Origin: Bacteroidales bacterium
GTDB lineage: Bacteria; Bacteroidota; Bacteroidia; Bacteroidales; WRLA01
Direction: 5' to 3'
DNA length: 64,000 bases
Assembly (NCBI GenBank): GCA_965230045.1
Contig: OZ245940.1
Location: 1,999,403 to 2,063,402 of the forward strand
A program made the translations under genes and the position numbers. Below, piece after piece: positions 57,171-64,000 of the stretch. The first letter of the stretch is position 1. The number at the start of each line of letters is the position of its first letter. The notes under the pieces were generated by a model. It was not told where the DNA came from. It saw nothing but the letters and a program-made list of their open reading frames with translations, and did no database searches.

Positions 57171-57768
57171 ATCTTTCTTTTCTGTTTTTTGGATAATAAA
57201 TAGTCAAAAAGTTAATTATCTTAATATCAATATTTTAATGAGGCTAATGCTTTGAGTTTGGGCGTCTTGATTTCATTTTAATAGCTATTTGTTGGCAATA
57301 AAGATATTTGTGCAATCAGGATTATTCTCCTGTTATGCGCATACGTCTATTGATTTTACGTTAGACGAAAATTTTAATCCAATTGTTTTCAAAACAAGAA
57401 TCATCCTCGTTTAGACAGTGGGGCGGCCTGTCAAAACAGTGGTTCTTGAGCCTGTCGAAAGACGGGCCGGATAAGGGTGAATTCCCGATGCTTAGAATTT
57501 CCATCAAAGGGCAACAGCTTTGCCGAGGCACGAGGCACTACTTTGATTGGAAATTCTTGGTATCGGGAAGAGCGGGGGGAAGCATTGTTTTGACTTGGCT
57601 TTTTGGTTCCTTTTGTGCCAAGACAAAAGGAATAAAAACAGTGGTCGAAGACATGCTTTATATTCAATATTTTTAGAGTTTACAGATGCCTAAAGTTAAA
57701 AACTGGTGTCTTATCTGGAAAACAGGAGGGAGAATTGCTAAAGGAAGAATGGGTGTAAATCTTTCGTT
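57138..57768. other. ~540-bp non-coding segment bracketed by ~42-bp direct repeats (57138..57181 and 57722..57768) that copy the 3' end of the Fe-S gene
   Basis: cagggggaattgctgaaggaagaatgggtgtaaatctttc versus caggagggagaattgctaaaggaagaatgggtgtaaatctttc. The interior contains several strong helices. Confidence 0.7.
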
Positions 57769-57894
57769 TATATAATCTGCATTGGCCTTGCAATGCTGTT
57801 GAAACGGTGTTGCAACGGCATTGCAACGCCAATAAAAAGGTTTTATCGAGACATGAAATCAGCTTAAAAACAGCAGGTACTTCTGAGGCAAGGT

Positions 57895-58125
57895 TTATCC
57901 GCGATAGGGCTCCACCTTAATGTTGAACTCTTTATGCTTGTTCTTGTTTTTGCATTTCGATTTATCCGTGCCTCCGCAGACACAGCCTCCATGTTTCCCT
58001 GCACTGTCGTCGTGAGAGCTGCATGACTTGGTAAAAACACCGTTTTTAAACATAAACATCTTAATAGCAATGCCGGCAATGGCAATTCCGAGAAGAACTG
58101 TAGTCAGAAGGAGTAATTTGAGCAT
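57895..58125 (-). CDS. Small membrane-anchored Cys/Lys-rich protein
   Basis: MLKLLLLTTVLLGIAIAGIAI anchor followed by CSSHDDSAGKHGGCVCGGTDKSKCKNK. ATG at 58125 is preferred over the TTG at 58158. Confidence 0.45.
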   Translation of the reverse strand: MLKLLLLTTVLLGIAIAGIAIKMFMFKNGVFTKSCSSHDDSAGKHGGCVCGGTDKSKCKNKNKHKEFNIKVEPYRG

Positions 58126-58204
58126 CTTTTTACGCGTTTCTTGTTTGAGAAATAACAACGCTGCGGCATCTTTGTTTGGTATATCCTGATAATATTTCCT
58201 TTGA

Positions 58205-59830
58205 CTATTGTATCACCCCAAACTGCCGTGCTCCCACAAACTCATTCCCACAAACAACCTGTAAAATATAGTTCCCGCTTTTGTAACTCTCCAAAGATAT
58301 AATATATTCTTCTGTGCCCTGTGGCAATGGATAAGTGGCCAGCATCCTGCCTTGCAGGTCGAAAACAAGCAGCTCGCCTTTTTGAGGCAGGGGGGCAAAA
58401 CGGATGTTGATCTGCCCTTGGGCCGGATTGGGTGCTATTTGTATTTTGTTTTCCGGCTTTTTGGGTAGCTCGCCCGTGGCAGTGGTAATGATAAAATCCT
58501 CTGCATAAAACTCTACCGCCCCGCTGGGGATACCGCCCGGGCACCAGGGGTCGTAATGGTTGGTGTCGGTTTGCAGGCTGTCGTATTCCAGATCGGAATT
58601 GAGTTTGAAAAGTACACTGCCCGGTTCGGAATAATCTGTTGTGAAGAAGTAGAATTTATCATCTTTGCTTTTGGCTACCTCAGAATATAAGTTTGGCTCG
58701 TTGGATACCAGGCTTTTTATCTTGATAATACTTCCATTGGTATCCAGCTTTACGGCCAGGCTTTGGTATTCATATTCAATATAGGGTAAAGTGTCCGGAG
58801 CTTCAGGGTCTCTGTACCAACGTGCTGAAGCAATTAAAGTGCTGTCATTCAAAAGAGCACCGGAATAATAACGCGCCGGCTTATATCCATCAAAATGAAA
58901 GGATTGATAGTTGGCTGTATTTTGCCCGTTTGCATTATATACATTGAGTGCCGGGCTGCTGTACTCAAATTTGAATTCCCCCAGGCCAATAAATTTTTCG
59001 GTATCCGGAAAATTTAAAGCTTTTAAAGCCCCGCCTAAGAAAACAGTATCCCTGATGCTGGGGGCGTCTGCCCAAAGGAATTCCCCATCGGGACTGACAC
59101 ATGCATAGTAGGGGCTTGAAAACCATTCCAGAGAATCCCAACGGTAATAGCATTCCCCGGCACAAATGGTATTGCCCGATGGCAGCATTTCTATATCACG
59201 GATTAATGGAAGGATAATATTGCTGTCGCCGGCATAGGAATGCAATGGGCAGTTCCAAATGAGTTCCCCTTCTGGGGAATACTTAAGGATATAGCTTTCC
59301 GTTCCCGAAGCATTGGGGTCAAGATAGCGCATTAGGGTTACAATATTGCCATCAGGAGCCAATGCAAGATCAACACCATAATTAAGTATTTCCGGCGAAT
59401 AATAAAGCATGGCCCATTCTTTTTTGCCACATGCATTAAGCTTTATCAGGAAAGGGTCGTTGTTTGAGCTTAAAGCTTTTGTGCCTCCAATGGAATATAT
59501 ATTGCCATTGTTGTCCTGCTGGCTTTGTACGATATAATTGTAAGTTTCCTCATGAAGTATGTCAAAAGTGTGTATGTCTTTCTCCCAGAGTTTGTTTCCA
59601 TTAATATCTGTTTTAGAGATAAGGCCTTGATAAGAAAAGCCATTATTGCTTAAATTGTGAGTCAATAGTATTCCATTATCCTGGCTAATGTTAATTTTTC
59701 TTGAGATAGTATTGTATCTTATTACGGCCTTCCAAATGGAATCATTTTGAGCTTTGATAAGAAGTGAGTTTAGGACTAAAAAAAGGGTTAGGCTTATATA
59801 TGGTTTCATATTTATTTTGCTTTTTGGCAT
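58205..59830 (-). CDS. Secreted protein with a T9SS C-terminal sorting domain (paralogue A)
   Basis: Signal peptide. C-terminus IAPNPAQGQINIRF...GNYILQVV...FGVIQ is a type-A CTD pattern. Confidence 0.85.
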   Translation of the reverse strand: MPKSKINMKPYISLTLFLVLNSLLIKAQNDSIWKAVIRYNTISRKINISQDNGILLTHNLSNNGFSYQGLISKTDINGNKLWEKDIHTFDILHEETYNYIVQSQQDNNGNIYSIGGTKALSSNNDPFLIKLNACGKKEWAMLYYSPEILNYGVDLALAPDGNIVTLMRYLDPNASGTESYILKYSPEGELIWNCPLHSYAGDSNIILPLIRDIEMLPSGNTICAGECYYRWDSLEWFSSPYYACVSPDGEFLWADAPSIRDTVFLGGALKALNFPDTEKFIGLGEFKFEYSSPALNVYNANGQNTANYQSFHFDGYKPARYYSGALLNDSTLIASARWYRDPEAPDTLPYIEYEYQSLAVKLDTNGSIIKIKSLVSNEPNLYSEVAKSKDDKFYFFTTDYSEPGSVLFKLNSDLEYDSLQTDTNHYDPWCPGGIPSGAVEFYAEDFIITTATGELPKKPENKIQIAPNPAQGQINIRFAPLPQKGELLVFDLQGRMLATYPLPQGTEEYIISLESYKSGNYILQVVCGNEFVGARQFGVIQ

Positions 59831-59876
59831 ACTTAAAGCAGTCGGGAACCCAGAGGGTTTCCCGACTGCTAAAGTG

Positions 59877-60365
59877 TTAATTATTAATTACATTGAAAGT
59901 CCGGGTTCCGATTGAATGGTTTTTATCAGCTAATTTCAGGAAATAACTGCCCGTAGGATAATTTTGCAAATTTAATTTATATTGGTCCATGCCATTGGAA
60001 AGCATAATGGCATCCATAATTTTTCCATTGGCATCATATACGCTCAGTAAGGCGCTGTTTTTTAATTCTGAGAAACGGATGTTGAGCTTTTCTGTTGCAG
60101 GGTTTGGATAAACGCTAAGCTTTGGTGTGTCTTTTTCAGCTATTTCCAGCTTTCTGTATTTTTCAAAAGGGTCTTCTGTATTGCCCGATTTAAAACCTTC
60201 GTCCTGCAGGTAAAGGGGTTCGGAATACTCAATGGCTTTTGCCGTAAGCAGTATGTTGCGGGCATATGCAGCCGCTAAACTGTTGGGATCATGGCCAATC
60301 TGTATTAGGTTTTGTCGGATGAGGGGGAAGGCTTTATCTGATATTATCGGGTTTGTATTCATCAT
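59877..60365 (-). CDS. Small ORF that is essentially only a T9SS C-terminal domain (paralogue A), with no visible signal peptide
   Basis: LSVYPNPATEKLNIRF...GSYFLKLADKNHSIGTRTFNVINN. Confidence 0.6.
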   Translation of the reverse strand: MMNTNPIISDKAFPLIRQNLIQIGHDPNSLAAAYARNILLTAKAIEYSEPLYLQDEGFKSGNTEDPFEKYRKLEIAEKDTPKLSVYPNPATEKLNIRFSELKNSALLSVYDANGKIMDAIMLSNGMDQYKLNLQNYPTGSYFLKLADKNHSIGTRTFNVINN

Positions 60366-60374
60366 ACCAAAAGT

Positions 60375-62030
60375 TTAATTTATCACCCCAAACTGCCGTG
60401 CTCCTACAAACTCATTCCCACAAACAACCTGTAAAATATAGTTCCCGCATTTGAAGCCCTCCAAAGATAAAATATATTCTTCTGTGCCCTTTGACAATGG
60501 ATAAGTGGCCAGCATCCTGCCTTGCAGGTCGAAAACAAGCAGCTCGCCTTTTTGAGGCAGGGGGGCAAAACGGATGTTGATCTGCCCTTGGGCCGGATTG
60601 GGTGCTATTTGTATTTTGTTTTCCGGCTTTTTGGGTAGCTCGCCCGTGGCAGTGGTAATGATAAAATCCTCTGCATAAAACTCTACCGCCCCGCTGGGGA
60701 TACCGCCCGGGCACCAGGGGTCGTAATGGTTGGTGTCGGTTTGCAGGCTGTCGTATTCCAGATCGGAATTGAGTTTGAAAAGTACACTGCCCGGTTCGGA
60801 ATAATCTGTTGTGAAGAAGTAGAATTTATCATCTTTGCTTTTGGCTACCTCAGAATATAAGTTTGGCTCGTTGGATACCAGGCTTTTTATCTTGATAATA
60901 CTTCCATTGGTATCCAGCTTTACGGCCAGGCTTTGGTATTCATATTCAATATAGGGTAAAGTGTCCGGAGCTTCAGGGTCTCTGTACCAACGTGCTGAAG
61001 CAATTAAAGTGCTGTCATTCAAAAGAGCACCGGAATAATAATGCGCCGGCTTATATCCATCAAAATGAAAGGATTGATAGTTGGCTGTATTTTGCCCGTT
61101 TGCATTATATACATTGAGTGCCGGGCTGCTGTACTCAAATTTGAATTCCCCCAGGCCAATAAATTTTTCGGTATCCGGAAAATTTAAAGCTTTTAAAGCC
61201 CCGCCTAAGAAAACAGTATCCCTGATGCTGGGGGCGTCTGCCCAAAGGAATTCCCCATCGGGACTGACACATGCATAATAGGGGCTTGAAAACCATTCCA
61301 GAGAATCCCAACGGTAATAGCATTCCCCGGCACAAATGGTATTGCCCGATGGCAGCATTTCTATATCACGGATTAATGGAAGGATAATATTGCTGTCGCC
61401 GGCATAGGAATGCAATGGGCAGTTCCAAATGAGTTCCCCTTCTGGGGAATACTTAAGGATATAGCTTTCCGTTCCCGAAGCATTGGGGTCAAGATAGCGC
61501 ATTAGGGTTACAATATTGCCATCAGGAGCCAATGCAAGATCAACACCATAATTAAGTATTTCCGGCGAATAATAAAGCATGGCCCATTCTTTTTTGCCAC
61601 ATGCATTAAGCTTTATCAGGAAAGGGTCGTTGTTTGGGCTTAAAGCTTTTGTGCCTCCAATGGAATATATATTGCCATTGTTGTCCTGCTGGCTTTGTAC
61701 GATATAATTGTAAGTTTCCTCATGAAGCATGTCAAAAGTGTGTATGTCTTTCTCCCAGAGTTTGTTTCCATTAATATCTGTTTTAGAGATAAGGCCTTGA
61801 TAAGAAAAGCCATTATTGCTTAAATTGTGTGTCAAAAGGATGCCATTATCCTGGCTAATGTTAATTTTTCTTGAGCGAGAATTGTATCTTATTACGGCCT
61901 TCCAAATGGAATCATTTTGAGCTTTGATAAGAAGTGAGTTTAGGACTAAAACCAGGGTTAGGGTTATATATAGTTTCATAATTTGATATTGCTTTTGGGT
62001 ATTATTGAAGCAGTCAGGAAACCGAAACAT
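60375..62030 (-). CDS. Secreted protein with a T9SS C-terminal sorting domain (paralogue B)
   Basis: Near-identical to 58205..59830. The probable start is MKLYITLTL at 61979. Confidence 0.85.
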   Translation of the reverse strand: MFRFPDCFNNTQKQYQIMKLYITLTLVLVLNSLLIKAQNDSIWKAVIRYNSRSRKINISQDNGILLTHNLSNNGFSYQGLISKTDINGNKLWEKDIHTFDMLHEETYNYIVQSQQDNNGNIYSIGGTKALSPNNDPFLIKLNACGKKEWAMLYYSPEILNYGVDLALAPDGNIVTLMRYLDPNASGTESYILKYSPEGELIWNCPLHSYAGDSNIILPLIRDIEMLPSGNTICAGECYYRWDSLEWFSSPYYACVSPDGEFLWADAPSIRDTVFLGGALKALNFPDTEKFIGLGEFKFEYSSPALNVYNANGQNTANYQSFHFDGYKPAHYYSGALLNDSTLIASARWYRDPEAPDTLPYIEYEYQSLAVKLDTNGSIIKIKSLVSNEPNLYSEVAKSKDDKFYFFTTDYSEPGSVLFKLNSDLEYDSLQTDTNHYDPWCPGGIPSGAVEFYAEDFIITTATGELPKKPENKIQIAPNPAQGQINIRFAPLPQKGELLVFDLQGRMLATYPLSKGTEEYILSLEGFKCGNYILQVVCGNEFVGARQFGVIN

Positions 62031-62048
62031 TTCCCGACTGCTAAAGTG

Positions 62049-62561
62049 TTAATTATTAATTACATTGAAAGTCTGGGTTCCGATTAAATGGTTTTTATCA
62101 GCTAATTTCAGGAAATAACTGCCCGTAGGATAATTTTGTATGTTCAATTTATATTGCCCCATGCCATTGGAAAGCATAATGGCATCCATAATTTTTCCAT
62201 TGGCATCATATACGCTCAGTAAGGCGCTGTTTTTCAATTCTGAGAAACGGATGTTGAGCTTTTCTGTTGCAGGGTTTGGATAAACGCTAAGCTTTGGTGT
62301 GTCTTTTTCAGCTATTTCCAGCTTTCTGTATTTTTCAAAAGGGTCTTCTGTATTGCCCGATTTAAAACCTTCGTCCTGCAGGTAAAGGGGTTCGGAATAC
62401 TCAATGGCTTTTGCCGTAAGCAGTATGTTGCGGGCGGCAATATCTGTCATAGAAAGCAGCCCTGTGGTATATATTTGTTTCAACATGTTTCCCGAAATTT
62501 TGGTTGAGGTTTTTGCGTAATATTGAAATGCAAGTATAATAATTCTATCTGGTTTATGCAA
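62049..62561 (-). CDS. Small T9SS-CTD-only ORF (paralogue B)
   Basis: The C-terminal ~125 aa are near-identical to 59877..60365. The N-terminus is unrelated. Confidence 0.55.
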   Translation of the reverse strand: MHKPDRIIILAFQYYAKTSTKISGNMLKQIYTTGLLSMTDIAARNILLTAKAIEYSEPLYLQDEGFKSGNTEDPFEKYRKLEIAEKDTPKLSVYPNPATEKLNIRFSELKNSALLSVYDANGKIMDAIMLSNGMGQYKLNIQNYPTGSYFLKLADKNHLIGTQTFNVINN

Positions 62562-62621
62562 GAATTATTTTTGAATTTTTAATTTGGTTTCCGCGAAAGA
62601 TGGATTTCGATTGCATATTCG

Positions 62622-63743
62622 TTATGCAATGTCATGTATATCGTTGGTGATTATTCCTCCATCCACCGAAAATATCCTGTGCGCTACTTTGTGGTGTTGG
62701 AAAATCCGTTCTACGCGTTCGCGCTGTGTGTCGCTGATGAAAATCTGGCCAAAACCGTCATTGCTCACCATTTCAATAATCTGGTCCACCCGTTTATCGT
62801 CCAGTTTGTCAAAAATATCATCCAGCAAAATAATCGGTTTGAAATTTTTAATGATCCGGGTGTGCTTGTATTGTGCCAGCTTAATGGCAATAACAAAGGA
62901 TTTTTGCTGGCCCTGGGAGCCGAATTTTTTGAGTGGATGTCCCGAAATCCTGAAATTCAGGTCGTCGCGGTGCACGCCGCTTCCGGTATATTTCAGCATA
63001 CGGTCGCGCTCCAGGTTTTTGCGCAGCAGTTCTTCGGTGCTGTGCTGCAAAAGCTGTGAACTGTATTCTATGCTTACTTCCTCCTGTTGCCCGGAAATAA
63101 AACGGTAATAATCCTGAAAAACCGGCGCGAATTCTTCAATAAATTTCTTGCGCACTTCATGGATTTTTTCTCCCAGCACAATCAGTTGCTGATCCCAGGG
63201 TTCGAGCAGATTTTGGTCAAATTGCTGCTGTGTGGCAAAATGTTTCAGTAAAATATTTCTTTGCTGTACACTTTTATTATAGCGGATCAGATTGTCCAGA
63301 TAATCTTTATCAAATTGTGCGATAACGCTGTCCATATATTTCCGGCGCAGCTCCGAGCCATCGTTGATGAGGTCGCGGTCGTAAGGGCTGATCATTACCA
63401 AAGGGATAAGCCCGATATGATCGGCCAGGCGCTGGTAGTCTTTTTTGTTTTTGCGGAACTGCTTGGGCTGGCCTTTTTTCTGTATGCACTGCACCAGGTC
63501 TTCCTCGCCCGCGCTGTTTTCGTAATAACCATGAATGGCAAAGAAATCTTCCCCATGCTTGATGTTCTGGCTGTCGGAAGGATTGAAATAGCTTTTGCAA
63601 AAAGAGAGATAATAAATGGCATCGAGGATATTGGTTTTGCCTGCGCCATTGTATCCCACAAAGCAATTGATTTTTTCTGATAATTCCAGATCTGCTTCCG
63701 AGCAGTTTTTAAATTGGGCCAGTTTGAGTTTTTTTAGGTGCAT
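62622..63743 (-). CDS. recF: DNA replication and repair protein RecF
   Basis: MHLKKLKLAQFKN...FVGYNGAGKTNILDAIYYLSF Walker A. C-terminal LLDDIFDKLD Walker B/signature region. Confidence 0.95.
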   Translation of the reverse strand: MHLKKLKLAQFKNCSEADLELSEKINCFVGYNGAGKTNILDAIYYLSFCKSYFNPSDSQNIKHGEDFFAIHGYYENSAGEEDLVQCIQKKGQPKQFRKNKKDYQRLADHIGLIPLVMISPYDRDLINDGSELRRKYMDSVIAQFDKDYLDNLIRYNKSVQQRNILLKHFATQQQFDQNLLEPWDQQLIVLGEKIHEVRKKFIEEFAPVFQDYYRFISGQQEEVSIEYSSQLLQHSTEELLRKNLERDRMLKYTGSGVHRDDLNFRISGHPLKKFGSQGQQKSFVIAIKLAQYKHTRIIKNFKPIILLDDIFDKLDDKRVDQIIEMVSNDGFGQIFISDTQRERVERIFQHHKVAHRIFSVDGGIITNDIHDIA

Positions 63744-63946
63744 GGCAAAGCTTTGTGCAAAAATACATTTTCCTGAGGTATAAAACTGATTAGGTTTTAC
63801 CTGCTTTCGGGTCGATGTGGAAATTTTTGCTTGATATCTGCGAGGGAAAATTAGTCGCGCGCTATTAAAGGGTTTTGTTTACCGTAATCAAAAGGAGTTT
63901 TTATTTCACGATTAAAATAACTAAGTTTGTATTAAATTAATTGTCA

Positions 63947-64000
63947 ATGGAAAGTTTGAGAGAAAGGGTTACGATTGATGAGAATATCTGTAACGGCAAA
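63947..64000 (+). CDS. Start of a DUF433-like small protein (partial, runs off the window)
   Basis: MESLRERVTIDENICNGK matches the DUF433 start pattern (I.IDP.ICGGKP). Only 18 codons are visible. Confidence 0.4.
   Translation, partial: MESLRERVTIDENICNGK

Noticed and set aside
57400-57680. Structured region compared from memory with RNase P RNA, tmRNA, SRP RNA and common riboswitches (cobalamin, TPP, SAM, FMN, lysine)
   Set aside because: gaaagacgggcc and taagggtgaa resemble RNase P strings only superficially. The P4 partner strand, a tmRNA tag ORF and the riboswitch core motifs are all absent, so no RNA class was assigned.
57780-57850. Three TTGCAA(C/T)G motifs downstream of the small Cys-rich gene
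   Set aside because: They are short, overlap simple hairpins (gcattg/caatgc) and are probably terminator structure. There is not enough evidence for a regulatory call.

Overview
This 64-kb window looks like a Bacteroidota chromosome. Evidence: T9SS C-terminal sorting domains, Rpn/PD-(D/E)XK genes, TAnnTTTG -7 promoter boxes and rplM-rpsI-rpsB-tsf synteny. Housekeeping blocks are a MacA/MacB/TolC-type efflux operon, ribosomal proteins plus tsf, tRNA-Gln, a DUF2723 membrane protein, lysC-lysA, xylB-xylA-transporter-AraC, an EF-G paralogue, aroE and recF. They are interleaved with a heavy load of mobile DNA: an intact IS256 element with an 8-bp TSD, a 2.2-kb IS4-like element with an 8-bp TSD, an IS1380-family transposase, ISAs1 and RayT-like remnants, a candidate tyrosine-integrase island carrying Fic, and two MITE families. 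Family A is ~142 bp with 6-bp TAnTTA duplications and builds tandem arrays. Family B is ~350 bp and has nested hairpins. The best candidate for an undescribed system is at 640..4665: a WYL regulator, then a soluble P-loop ATPase fused to an FtsH-type M41 metalloprotease, then a 331-aa protein with no recognisable motif. It sits in a decayed defence island (1..10130) that also holds a McrC-like pseudogene, Rpn nucleases and an orphan CARF + PD-(D/E)XK (Card1/Can2-like) nuclease with no CRISPR-Cas nearby. All calls come from reading the sequence and the ORF translations; no database search was run.
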